Positions 18,566 through 27,962 of a DNA stretch of 64,000 nt are shown here, piece after piece. Source of the DNA: Candidatus Poribacteria bacterium (GTDB lineage Bacteria; Poribacteria; WGA-4E; WGA-3G); contig JAPPBX010000112.1 in NCBI GenBank assembly GCA_026702755.1, positions 15,364 to 79,363 of the forward strand. The letters run 5' to 3'. Below the pieces are notes generated by a model that searched no databases, was not told the DNA's origin, and was given only the letters and a program-made list of their open reading frames with translations. Each line of letters opens with the position of its first letter. The stretch's first letter is position 1. The position numbers were made by a program, and so were the translations under genes.

Positions 18566-18649
18566 AATTACGCAGCTCCCTTCGCTGGCGAGGTTTTAAA
18601 CCTCGCCAGCGGGGTGTGATCCGTGAGGGGTCATCAGAAAACTGCGTAA
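18566..18649. repeat. MITE-like palindromic element (family R1) with terminal inverted repeats TTACGCAG / CTGCGTAA and an internal 12-bp-arm palindrome
   Basis: The sequence is aattacgcagctcccttcGCTGGCGAGGTTttaaAACCTCGCCAGCggggtgtgatccgtgaggggtcatcagaaaactgcgtaa. Related copies lie at 38408-38435 and 44271-44313, and a half-site (AACCTCGCCAGC) at 1932-1943. Confidence 0.5.
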
Positions 18650-18667
18650 GTCCTAAAGAAATTCCGA

Positions 18668-18696
18668 TTGACAGGTGAATGCTGTTGGGCTAAAAT
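18668..18696 (+). promoter_or_regulatory. near-consensus sigma-70 promoter (TTGACA-17-TAAAAT) for 18736-19458
   Basis: The sequence ttgacaggtgaatgctgttgggctaaaat lies ~40 nt upstream of the ATG. Confidence 0.4.
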
Positions 18697-18735
18697 GGGT
18701 TTAATGAATCATAGACCGCACCGAAAGGAAAATCA

Positions 18736-19458
18736 ATGAATTGCCTTGATTATGGACTCTCTTTCATCAACTCTGTTGGCAACGGGAATGCACCCCGCTT
18801 TTGGGTCGAATCTCGATGCCGCATAATAGATAACACAGATGGAAGTTTCAGAGATTATTACCAATGTGGTTCGTGTAAGAGTGAACACACCTTTGCCGAG
18901 AAAAACCTCTTCATAAACCCAAACTATGACTTCCTCCCTGTTTTTGGCAAAGAACATATAGCCGTATTCAGAAGGCATGCTTACTGCAACGATAACTATG
19001 TCGAGTATAGGCCTGCACAGGATTATTGGGGAGGTGCCCTATTTGATGTTCAAAAGGCATCGCCGGTCCAAGTCCTTGATAGCAACGCAGCCATTTTTGA
19101 GGCGACACAAAAATGTCTACCCATCGTAACGCACACAGAAATATGGGATACCAATACACAGCAGCGAGCAATTATCGAGTGTCCCGTTAAAACAATGAAC
19201 ATAGATAAAAATGCAGGCATCTATCAAGTTGATACAGGAATTGTTCTATTTCCAGATCTGTCAAAGCGATACGATCCGCAGATTGAGATGTTCAGCCTCG
19301 CTTACGTTGCTTTCAACGCACCGCACTTCGCTGACTTCGTCATCGAACGTCCCACTGCCATCATTGAAAATGGAGTGGAAGTCACCCAAGTTTACCACTA
19401 TTCCGAAATTCGGAGTTTGGAAGCAAAGAATACCGTGTTCTGCATCGGTGAGCTTTAA
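18736..19458 (+). CDS. hypothetical Cys-containing protein, no recognisable domain (orphan)
   Basis: It is a 240 aa ORF preceded by a strong promoter-like sequence and by AAAGGAAAATCAATG. It contains YYQCGSCKSEHTF and HAYCNDNY segments and has no TM helix or signal peptide. Confidence 0.4.
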   Translation: MNCLDYGLSFINSVGNGNAPRFWVESRCRIIDNTDGSFRDYYQCGSCKSEHTFAEKNLFINPNYDFLPVFGKEHIAVFRRHAYCNDNYVEYRPAQDYWGGALFDVQKASPVQVLDSNAAIFEATQKCLPIVTHTEIWDTNTQQRAIIECPVKTMNIDKNAGIYQVDTGIVLFPDLSKRYDPQIEMFSLAYVAFNAPHFADFVIERPTAIIENGVEVTQVYHYSEIRSLEAKNTVFCIGEL

Positions 19459-19641
19459 CAAACACTCCACTTAGATAAAAGCAGTTAGGTCGGTTCGACC
19501 CTTGCACCTACACTGCAAACAAATTTTCTTGCAAAAATTTTGGACTCCGTTTATAATGTTTGGTTAAAGCACTGAACCGCGTATTAGATGCTCTTAGTGC
19601 TGATAACAACTCGCATGATCTTTATACGGAGGACAAAAAAC

Positions 19642-20967
19642 ATGAAAAGTGTTCGCATAAGTCTTGTCTTAGCACTAATACTTGCACTTGCGTTTGTTAG
19701 TGCCCCGAAAGCCGATAACCATCAATCCCAATCCTTAACCATTGTCTGGGCAGAATGGGATCCGGCTAATTATTTGCAGGAACTCTCAAAAGACTTTACC
19801 GCCGAAACCGGCATTGCTGTGGATGTAATCCAAATTCCGTGGCCCAATTTCCAAGATAAGGTTTTCACGGCTTTTGTGGGAAAAAGCGATCTTTACGATA
19901 TTGTCATCGGCGATAGCCAATGGCTCGGTAGGAACTCTCAAGGTAAAAACTACATCAACCTAACCGATTGGATTAATGAAAACATTGATGTGGCTTCTAT
20001 CTACGGTCCCGCAATGACAGCGTTTGCTGAGTATCCGAAAGGTAGCGGAACATATTGGGCATTGCCCGCAGAGGTGGATGCCGCTGGATACGTCTACAGG
20101 AAAGACCTGTTTGAAGACCCAAACGAAATGAAGGCATTCCAAACGAAGTATGGCTACGTACTTGCCCCACCGAAAACATACAGCCAACTCCGCGATATCG
20201 CCGAATTCTTTACGCGTCCAGATCAGGACCTCTACGGTATCGCGACGTGGTATAGCAAGGAATACGACGGTATCACGATGGGTTTCCAGCAGGTGATGTG
20301 GAGTTTTGGGGGTGCTTATGGCGATCCAGAGAATTACAAGGTTGATGGATATATCAACACGGAAGATGCTGCCAAAGCACTCGAATTTTACACCGACCTA
20401 CTCAAGTTCTCACCACCCGATGCGCCGAATTACTATTGGGCAGAAACACTGAATGCTTACAACTCTGGTAAGGTCGCGATGGCGATGAATTACTTCGCCT
20501 TTTTCCCCGCAGTGATTAATCCAGAAGTGAATAAGATATCCCACGATAAGAGCGGTTTCTTTATCGCACCCGCCGGTCCGAAAGGACACTATATTAGCAT
20601 CGGTGGACAAGGTATGTCCATTTCCTCATATTCTAAAAACAAGGATCTCGCCAAGCAGTACATGAAATGGTTTATGCAGAAGCCTGTTCAGGAGAAATGG
20701 GCGATGCTTGGGGGTTTCACACCGCACAAAGAGGTATTACAATCGGATACCTTTAAGACGGCAACACCCTTCAACGAGGCTTTCGCCGCGAGTTTCCCAT
20801 ACCTTCGCGATTTCTGGGCAGTACCGGAATATGCCGAACTCTTGGAAACCTGTCAGACAAATTGGAGTGAAGCGATTTCTGGGATCAAGTCCGCGAAGGA
20901 AGCGTTGAATTCCATCGCGAGGAAGCATGAGGAGATCTTTGAAGACGCAGGCTACTACGACGAGTAA
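19642..20967 (+). CDS. ABC transporter substrate-binding protein (carbohydrate, family 1 extracellular solute-binding)
   Basis: It has a signal peptide (MKSVRISLVLALILALAFVSAP). Sugar-binding-protein-like sequence and operon context with two MalF/MalG-type permeases support the call. Start is assigned to the ATG after GGAGGA. Confidence 0.8.
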   Translation: MKSVRISLVLALILALAFVSAPKADNHQSQSLTIVWAEWDPANYLQELSKDFTAETGIAVDVIQIPWPNFQDKVFTAFVGKSDLYDIVIGDSQWLGRNSQGKNYINLTDWINENIDVASIYGPAMTAFAEYPKGSGTYWALPAEVDAAGYVYRKDLFEDPNEMKAFQTKYGYVLAPPKTYSQLRDIAEFFTRPDQDLYGIATWYSKEYDGITMGFQQVMWSFGGAYGDPENYKVDGYINTEDAAKALEFYTDLLKFSPPDAPNYYWAETLNAYNSGKVAMAMNYFAFFPAVINPEVNKISHDKSGFFIAPAGPKGHYISIGGQGMSISSYSKNKDLAKQYMKWFMQKPVQEKWAMLGGFTPHKEVLQSDTFKTATPFNEAFAASFPYLRDFWAVPEYAELLETCQTNWSEAISGIKSAKEALNSIARKHEEIFEDAGYYDE

Positions 20968-21107
20968 AAAGGGTGGTCGGCAGTCGGCTCCCGGGGCGTT
21001 CGCTCCGCTCACTTTCGGCAGTCGGCACGTGGGAATTGTGCTTATTTTCCCTGCCATAAGGCTCTCTTACCGACAGCCGATAGCCGACAGCCGATAGCCA
21101 AAAAGAT

Positions 21108-22034
21108 ATGCAAACCACCACCCCCTTCCCCCGTGTAAAAACGCAAGCATCGCGTGGGATGAGCGACTACCAACTAAAGATGGCATTTATCATGCCCACC
21201 ATGATTTTGCTCATCTTGATGAACATCTTTCCGCTGCTGTGGTCCCTATACCTAAGTTTCCATCGTTACAAAGCCTCTATGCCCACAGCACCAAGATTCA
21301 TTGGTGTTCGTAATTATTCACGGCTCCTCGCTGATCCAGAGATCTGGGGTTACTTTCAAACCACAGCTTACTTCGTGTTGCTCGCGGTAGCCGCACAATT
21401 CTTTATCGGGTTCGGGTTGGCACTGCTCCTGAATCGGAACTTCCGATATAAAGGTTTCGTTACAACGTTGCTCCTGCTTCCGATGATGCTATCCCCCGTG
21501 GTCGTCGGACTCTTTTGGCGTTTTATCCTCTCTTCGGATAACGCCGGTTTGCTGAATTTTTTCCTGAGTCCCTTCCTAAAATCGCCTATCGGTTGGACGA
21601 CCAATCCGAAGGTTGCGATGTTAGCCGTCGTTATTGTAGATACATGGATGTGGTCCCCCTTCATGATGCTGATCGCTTTGGCAGGGTTGAGTGCGGTTCC
21701 GAAATCCCTCTATGAAGCCGCCGATGTCGATAGAGCCTCCGCATGGTTCAAATTTCGGTGGATTACACTGCCGTTGGTGTCTCCTCTCCTACTTATCGCG
21801 CTTCTGTTTAGAACGATGGATGCTTTCAAGATGTTCGACATCGTCTATGTCCTTACGCGTGAGGGTGGACCCGGTACTGCTACAGAGACTGTATCAATGA
21901 ATCTCTATAAGCTCGCTTTTAGGAACTACAATACCGGTAAAGCGTGTGCGATGGCATACATTTTACTCATTATTATCGTTGCGTTGAGCAATATCTACGT
22001 GAAATACCTCAATCGCGTCAAGGGAGAGGCATAG
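21108..22034 (+). CDS. carbohydrate ABC transporter permease (MalF/UgpA-like)
   Basis: It has multiple TM helices and an EAA-loop region (LYEAADVDRASAWFKFRWITLPLVSP). The true start may be the downstream Met at about 21159. Confidence 0.8.
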   Translation: MQTTTPFPRVKTQASRGMSDYQLKMAFIMPTMILLILMNIFPLLWSLYLSFHRYKASMPTAPRFIGVRNYSRLLADPEIWGYFQTTAYFVLLAVAAQFFIGFGLALLLNRNFRYKGFVTTLLLLPMMLSPVVVGLFWRFILSSDNAGLLNFFLSPFLKSPIGWTTNPKVAMLAVVIVDTWMWSPFMMLIALAGLSAVPKSLYEAADVDRASAWFKFRWITLPLVSPLLLIALLFRTMDAFKMFDIVYVLTREGGPGTATETVSMNLYKLAFRNYNTGKACAMAYILLIIIVALSNIYVKYLNRVKGEA

Positions 22035-22041
22035 GGACATC

Positions 22042-23259
22042 ATGCGAAATCGGAAGCGTTTTGGACACTACCTCATATTAGCGTTTGTCGCTGTGGCTGT
22101 GATTATCTATATCACGCCGATTTATTGGATTTTGGCAACATCATTGAAAGGTTTCGCGGATATTACTACGAAACTTCCCAAGTTCGTTTTTGAGGTCTCG
22201 CTGGAAAATTATCAGAAATTGATGCCCTCAGAGGGCGTGCCGGACGTGACCTATATCTTCTTAGCGGAGGTGTTTGTAGGATTGCTCCTCTTCGGCTTTT
22301 TTAGCCTATTTAAGGGGACGCTACCTCGCGTCTTGTCGCTCCGAAATCTCGGCTTAATTTGGAACACTGTCTTTGTTTTAACGTGTCTCTACAGTTTTCT
22401 GACGCTATCACCACTGCAGACCCGTCTCCAAACGGATGCCCGTTTCAATTTTCTGCTGCTGATTATCGGCACAGTTATCGCCTATCTCCTGATAGCTCCG
22501 TTCAAGAAGACGAACGGTATAACGTCCCAAACCATAAAGAAACAGCGGCTTGTTTTTGTATTGCCGAGCGTTTTTGGGACGATAGCGATTTGCGTTGCAT
22601 TAGCGAACGGTGGCTCCAAATATTTTTATCAGTTGCTCAATAGTATTATCATCGGTGGTGGTAGCACGATTCTCGCCGTTGGGCTTGGAACGCTTGCGGC
22701 TTATGCTTTCTCTCGATTTGACATCGCTGGAAAGGATGACCTGCTCTTTTTTATCCTCAGCACACGGATGCTACCGCCTGTTGTTGTCGTCATCCCGATC
22801 TATCTGATGTATAGCGCACTTGGATTGCGAGATACACATTTCGGGCTGATTTTGCTTTACACCACCTTTAATGTCTCGTTTGCAGTATGGTTGATGAAGG
22901 GGTTTATTGACGAGATTCCAAAGGAATACGAGGACGCTGCGCTCGTGGATGGCTACTCACGGTTCCAAACCTTTCTGAAGGTGATTTTACCGCAGTCGGT
23001 TACAGGCATCGCTGCAACTGCCGTATTCTGTCTCATTACGGCGTGGAACGAGTTCGCGTTTGCGCTCGTTCTCACAGAGGTCGGGGGTAGAGCCGTGACC
23101 GCACCTCCGTCGATTACGAGTGCGACAGGTTCCAGCGGTATGGACTGGGGCAAAATCGCTGCAGGGACATTTGTCTTTCTGCTTCCCGTTGCTGTTTTCA
23201 CCTTCTTGATGCGGAGCCATCTGCTACGTGGGGTCACATTCGGAGCGGTCAAAAAATAA
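22042..23259 (+). CDS. carbohydrate ABC transporter permease (MalG/UgpE-like) with an extended N-terminal membrane region
   Basis: It has an EAA motif (IDEIPKEYEDAALVDGYSRFQTFLKVILPQS). At 405 aa it is longer than typical MalG because of extra N-terminal TM helices. Confidence 0.75.
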   Translation: MRNRKRFGHYLILAFVAVAVIIYITPIYWILATSLKGFADITTKLPKFVFEVSLENYQKLMPSEGVPDVTYIFLAEVFVGLLLFGFFSLFKGTLPRVLSLRNLGLIWNTVFVLTCLYSFLTLSPLQTRLQTDARFNFLLLIIGTVIAYLLIAPFKKTNGITSQTIKKQRLVFVLPSVFGTIAICVALANGGSKYFYQLLNSIIIGGGSTILAVGLGTLAAYAFSRFDIAGKDDLLFFILSTRMLPPVVVVIPIYLMYSALGLRDTHFGLILLYTTFNVSFAVWLMKGFIDEIPKEYEDAALVDGYSRFQTFLKVILPQSVTGIAATAVFCLITAWNEFAFALVLTEVGGRAVTAPPSITSATGSSGMDWGKIAAGTFVFLLPVAVFTFLMRSHLLRGVTFGAVKK

Positions 23260-23488
23260 GAGATAGTTGTCAGGTGCCGGATTGTAGGGAGTATGAAATG
23301 AACGTCCAAAACCAAACAATCTTTCAAAGGGATAACCTGTATATCCTACGCGGACTTGACTCCGCGTCTATAGACTTAATTTATCACCCCCGGACTCACG
23401 GCACAGGAGTTCGCCCCGAAAAGCAAAGCCGCCGCAGAAGTTTTCTCACTTTACCGATGTATTCAACACAACATAGGAGACCCCACAA

Positions 23489-23752
23489 ATGAGGAACACA
23501 CCCGATCTGGCAATAGCCTTGAATCAGACAGCGAAACAGACAACGCCCACGAATATGGGCAGTGAAAAACCGAGTCGTGCTACATCGCGCACCGGCAAAA
23601 GGATGATTGGCGAATATTTTGACACGTCGGTGCATAAACGACTGAAACAGTTGGCGTTAGACTACGACTGTAGCATGCAAGACCTTTTAACCGAAGCCAT
23701 CAATCTGCTGATGAAGTCCGAGGGAATGCCGCCGATCCAAACCTCTCAATAA
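23489..23752 (+). CDS. ribbon-helix-helix (CopG/ParG/Arc-like) DNA-binding protein with a disordered basic N-terminal tail
   Basis: The segment KRMIGEYFDTSVHKRLKQLALDYDCSMQDLLTEAINLLMKSEG fits the RHH beta-alpha-alpha pattern. The start codon is uncertain. Confidence 0.45.
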   Translation: MRNTPDLAIALNQTAKQTTPTNMGSEKPSRATSRTGKRMIGEYFDTSVHKRLKQLALDYDCSMQDLLTEAINLLMKSEGMPPIQTSQ

Positions 23753-23775
23753 CGTATCGGAAGGTCACAAACGTT

Positions 23776-24657
23776 ATGTCGAAAGAAAAACGATCTGAAG
23801 TGACGAACCCCCGCACCGCCGAGCCGTCTCAGGGGAACGATCGACTCGCTGCGGAAGTACTGATCCTCTCGGAGCAGGGCAAGACCGACGCGGAGATTTC
23901 CACGCTATTGCGTATCGACGCATCCCGCGTGCCACGGTTTCTCATACATGGGAAGCTCTTACCCGATCATCTCATGGCGGTCTATCGAGAGCGGTTCGAC
24001 GCGTCCTTATCCGCCGCAGACCCAGCCGAAGACACACCCGCATCGACATCCGAAACGCTGCTCAGTGAAGAGGAGCAATCCCTCACGGAGCGTCAACAGA
24101 TCGCCGGGCAAAACGCCCGCATCTCTGCCCTCGAATCGAGGCACGCACGACCAAAAACGCAGCCCATTGAAAAAACACAACCCGCACGCGATGCCTCTCA
24201 CATAGAGACAGCCATCCTTGATTACATTGCCGAATTCGATCCCGACGAAGAAATCGATCGGGGCGAAGTGATTGACATCTTTGAAGACGAATACGGCAAA
24301 AAAAATGTCTCATCTGCCTTTCAGAAACTCTGTTCGGAAGGACGTATCTTGCAGATAACAGAGCATGACCCCGGCGACGGTCAAAACCGGATACTCTTTA
24401 AATACAACCCAAACTTTATGACCAAAGCAGAACTTGCGTCGGAACTCAACGCAGGCTTTGCGGAATACTTCAAGAACTTACCACCCGCAACGCCCGTGAC
24501 GCTCTCTGACATTCGAGTCGTCGTTGATGAACGTGGACTCGTCATGCACAATAAAAGAATGTTTGCTAAAGCACTCCGAAAGTTCGCAACAGAGAATAAC
24601 ATTCATCGTGAGCCTGCCGACCCCCAGACCGACACGGAGGAGATGTTTTACAAATAG
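23776..24657 (+). CDS. hypothetical protein with N-terminal HTH-like segment and C-terminal winged-helix-like region
   Basis: AEVLILSEQGKTDAEISTLLRIDASRVPRFL is sigma-region-4/LuxR-like. The central region is acidic, low-complexity and Pro/Ser/Glu-rich. The C-terminus (ILDYIAEFDPDEEIDRGEVIDIFEDEYGKKNVSSAFQKLCSEGRIL) is wH-like. Confidence 0.35.
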   Translation: MSKEKRSEVTNPRTAEPSQGNDRLAAEVLILSEQGKTDAEISTLLRIDASRVPRFLIHGKLLPDHLMAVYRERFDASLSAADPAEDTPASTSETLLSEEEQSLTERQQIAGQNARISALESRHARPKTQPIEKTQPARDASHIETAILDYIAEFDPDEEIDRGEVIDIFEDEYGKKNVSSAFQKLCSEGRILQITEHDPGDGQNRILFKYNPNFMTKAELASELNAGFAEYFKNLPPATPVTLSDIRVVVDERGLVMHNKRMFAKALRKFATENNIHREPADPQTDTEEMFYK

Positions 24658-25005
24658 GACAGACGCAGAGCAGCGATGGGCATCACATGTGAGATGTTTT
24701 TCTGAAAACGCCTCACTTAATTGAACTGCAAGGGCATTGCCGCCTCCAACCTACACAAAGGAGTTAAAAATGAAGTCATATTGAGCAGGGCCATTCAATT
24801 TTAAACATTTACTTTACCGATATGAATATAATTCCCTTGTAGGAGCGAGCTGGGCTCGCGATTGGACGAAAAAACGTTAACACCTGTCAACAAAAACCAA
24901 AATCAAAACCGAGAATTGAATGATCCTGGTACTACCGTATTGGAATTTGATTTCCTCATCGATTTCTGTTATACTTACAGCAAGAAATAGAGGAGGACGC
25001 GCAAA

Positions 25006-26412
25006 ATGAGCAAACATGCACTGCGACTCACTGATGAAGAGATGCGGGATTTCATCGTCAATGGCTATGTGAAGATAAAGACCGATTTCCCGTCGAGTTT
25101 TCATGACAATATTCGCCAACAATTGGACACAATGTTTGAGGGAACCGGAAATTTAGGGAACAATGTACTTCCGCTCATCCCTGAAATTCAAGAAATCTTT
25201 GACCATCCGATTGTTCACGGGGCAATGCAAGGAGTGCTCGGTGAAAACTATGCGATGCACTCGCACCGATATTGCCATTTCAACCAACAAGGCAGCGAAG
25301 GTCAGAATTTTCATAAAGATAGTTATGAAGGTGATGGACAAATTCGTCGGCACCGATGTCGTTGGACGATGGCGTTCTACTATCCACAAGATGTCACGGA
25401 AGACATGGGACCCACCGCTGTCCTCCCCGGTTCGCAGTATTACGAGACAGGCGAAAGCGCACACGAACAACCTGATCTCGCACTCACTGGCGAAGCGGGG
25501 ACAGTGACCATTGTCCATTACGATTTGTGGCACCGCGCGATGCCAAATAGTAGTGACAAGAAACGGTATATGTTGAAGTTTCTCTTTATCCGACTTGATG
25601 AGCCACAGATACCTTCATGGAAAAGCGATACCGACGACTGGCACGCCCTCGGCAATGGGGAAGAATCCGAGCATCCAGAATTGTGGGAATCGCTCTGGGA
25701 CTGGTCTTATGGGAAAGGGAACGGGACGAGCAACGGTGTTTCGGACGCTGAGGTGGATACCCTCATAAAAACCTTCGATAGCGATAATGAGCGGGATCGG
25801 TTGAACGCTGCGTATCGCTTGGGACGCGTTGGCACCGCTGCTGTGCCTGCCTTGAAGCAAACGTTGTATAGTAAATCTGATGCCATCCGTGAATATGCCG
25901 GATACGCTTTGAGCCTCACCGGGGAACCCGCCGTTCCAACGCTTATTGATGCCATGCAAGCGACAGACAACTCCGTACGAGCAAATGCTACGTTTGCCTT
26001 GGCGGATATGGGGAAAGCCGCACAGGAAGCGTTACCTACGTTGACACGTGCCGCACAGGATCCCGACGAATGGGTTCGACGAAACGCCACAGAAGGATTG
26101 GGACTCATCGGACAACAGGTCTCCGAAGAGATGGATTTATCCGAGGTGGTGCAGGTCTTAACAACCCGATTGCAGGATGATCATTATGCGGTTCGTGATA
26201 ACGCGGCTCGCTCTTTAGCGAAATTGGGAACACGTGCTGAACCGGCAATTCCTGCACTTGTCGCACAACTGGAAGATGAGAACCGATATGTCCGTTTCCA
26301 CGCGGCGTTGGCGTTGAAGGAGATTAAGACCCCAGAGGCGCAGGAGGCACTTTTCAACCATCTCTTCGCTTCGCGGTGGTGCACAATAACAACACGTGGG
26401 ACACCGTATTAG
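25006..26412 (+). CDS. PhyH-family Fe(II)/2-oxoglutarate dioxygenase fused to C-terminal HEAT (PBS-lyase-type) repeats; paralog A
   Basis: It has the HxD...H facial triad (HKDSYEGD ... HYDLWHRAMPN) in a PhyH-like N-terminal half. Five or more HEAT-like repeats follow (VPALKQTLYSKSDAIREYAGYALSL.. / VPTLIDAMQATDNSVRANATFALADMG / DEWVRRNATEGLGLIG / VRDNAARSLAKLG / RYVRFHAALALKEI). An RBS (AGAGGAGGA) precedes the start. Confidence 0.7.
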   Translation: MSKHALRLTDEEMRDFIVNGYVKIKTDFPSSFHDNIRQQLDTMFEGTGNLGNNVLPLIPEIQEIFDHPIVHGAMQGVLGENYAMHSHRYCHFNQQGSEGQNFHKDSYEGDGQIRRHRCRWTMAFYYPQDVTEDMGPTAVLPGSQYYETGESAHEQPDLALTGEAGTVTIVHYDLWHRAMPNSSDKKRYMLKFLFIRLDEPQIPSWKSDTDDWHALGNGEESEHPELWESLWDWSYGKGNGTSNGVSDAEVDTLIKTFDSDNERDRLNAAYRLGRVGTAAVPALKQTLYSKSDAIREYAGYALSLTGEPAVPTLIDAMQATDNSVRANATFALADMGKAAQEALPTLTRAAQDPDEWVRRNATEGLGLIGQQVSEEMDLSEVVQVLTTRLQDDHYAVRDNAARSLAKLGTRAEPAIPALVAQLEDENRYVRFHAALALKEIKTPEAQEALFNHLFASRWCTITTRGTPY

Positions 26413-26480
26413 AGAACACCCCTTAGATGCCCTAATGGAATTTGACTCCCCGCCGTAAGAAATAGAGGAGGACACGCAAG

Positions 26481-27887
26481 ATGAACAAACCAGCACTGCC
26501 CCTCACCGATAAAGAGATGCAGGATTTCATCATCAACGGGTACGTCAAGGTAAAAACCGATTTCCCGCCGAGTTTTCATGAGAATATTTGCCAGCAATTG
26601 GACACAATGTTTGAGGAAACCGGGAATTTGGGGAATAACCTCCTGCCAGCCATCCCTGAAATTCAAGAAGTTTTTGACCATCCGGTTGTTCACGGCGCGA
26701 TGCAAGGCGTGCTCGGTTCGGACTACGTCATGCATCCACACCGATACTGCCACTTTAATCAACAGGGTAGCAAGGGTCAGAATTTTCATAAAGATAGTTA
26801 TGCAGGGGACGAACAGATCCGACGCCACCGCTGTCGTTGGACGATGGCATTCTACTATCCGCAGGATGTCACAGAAGACATGGGACCCACCGCTGTCCTC
26901 CCCGGTTCGCAGTATTACGAGACAGGCGAAAGCGCACACGAGCAGCCTGATCTCGCACTCACTGGTGAAGCAGGCACTGTGACGATTGTCCACTACGATT
27001 TGTGGCACCGTGCAATGCCGAATCAGAGCGACAAAAAACGGTATATGTTGAAGTTCCTCTTTATCCGACTTGATGAGCCACAAACACCTTTATGGCAAAG
27101 TAAGACTGCCTATTGGGACACCCTCGGCAACGGTGAAGAACTGGATCACCCAGAACTATGGGAGTCGGTGTGGGACTGGTACTACGGTAAACAGAACGGC
27201 ACTACCAACGGTGTTCCGCACGCTGAAATGGACACCCTCATTGAAAACTTGGATAGCGATAATGAAAAAGATAGACTAAACGCCGCTTATCGCTTGGGAC
27301 GCGTTGGTGCTGATGCTGTGCCTGCCTTGAAGCAGATGTTACACAGCACATCAGCTGCTATCCGCGAGTATGCCGGATACGCTTTAAGCCTCACCGGCGC
27401 GCCCGCTGTTCCGACGCTCATTGATGCCATGCAAGCAACAGACGATTCAGTGCGGACAAGCGCGGCGTTTGCCTTGGCGGATATGGGGAAAGTGGCACAA
27501 GAGGCGATGCCCGCATTAATAACCGCTGCACAAGACCCCTCCGAGTCGGTCCGACGACACGCAACAGAAGGGCTTGGACTCATCGGACAGTTGATATCTG
27601 AGGAGATGGATTTATCCGAAACTGTGCAGGTCTTAGCAAACGGGTTGAGCGATGATCATTTTCCTGTTCGCGATAACGCTGCCCGTTCCTTAGCGAAATT
27701 GGGAACGCTCGCTGAACCGGCGATGCCTGCACTTGTCGCGCAACTCGAAGATGAGGACCGATATGTGCGTTTCCACGCTGCCTTGGCATTAAAGGAAATT
27801 AAGACCCCCGAAGCACAGAATGCGCTTTTCAATCATCTGTTCGCTTCGCGGTGGTGTGCCTTGACAACAAACAGCACGCCTTATTAA
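26481..27887 (+). CDS. PhyH-family dioxygenase::HEAT-repeat fusion; paralog B (tandem duplicate of 25006-26412)
   Basis: It is the same 468 aa length and the same architecture. Most residues are identical to paralog A by eye, including stretches of near-identical DNA (e.g. gacatgggacccaccgctgtcctccccggttcgcagtattacgagacaggcgaaagcgcacacga). The upstream RBS region (aagaaatagaggaggac.cgcaa.atga) is duplicated too. Confidence 0.7.
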   Translation: MNKPALPLTDKEMQDFIINGYVKVKTDFPPSFHENICQQLDTMFEETGNLGNNLLPAIPEIQEVFDHPVVHGAMQGVLGSDYVMHPHRYCHFNQQGSKGQNFHKDSYAGDEQIRRHRCRWTMAFYYPQDVTEDMGPTAVLPGSQYYETGESAHEQPDLALTGEAGTVTIVHYDLWHRAMPNQSDKKRYMLKFLFIRLDEPQTPLWQSKTAYWDTLGNGEELDHPELWESVWDWYYGKQNGTTNGVPHAEMDTLIENLDSDNEKDRLNAAYRLGRVGADAVPALKQMLHSTSAAIREYAGYALSLTGAPAVPTLIDAMQATDDSVRTSAAFALADMGKVAQEAMPALITAAQDPSESVRRHATEGLGLIGQLISEEMDLSETVQVLANGLSDDHFPVRDNAARSLAKLGTLAEPAMPALVAQLEDEDRYVRFHAALALKEIKTPEAQNALFNHLFASRWCALTTNSTPY

Positions 27888-27962
27888 CGAGCATCGGTTG
27901 TTTTGTGCGCGGTGGTTACAAAATCTTAAAACGTAACTACCGCGCTTCAGTAAGTCTGCCTA

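Noticed and set aside
26409-27083. 224 aa minus-strand ORF antisense to PhyH-HEAT paralog B (and its shorter counterpart 25153-25533 in paralog A)
   Set aside because: Both are antisense shadows of the duplicated genes. Their mutual similarity simply mirrors the tandem duplication.
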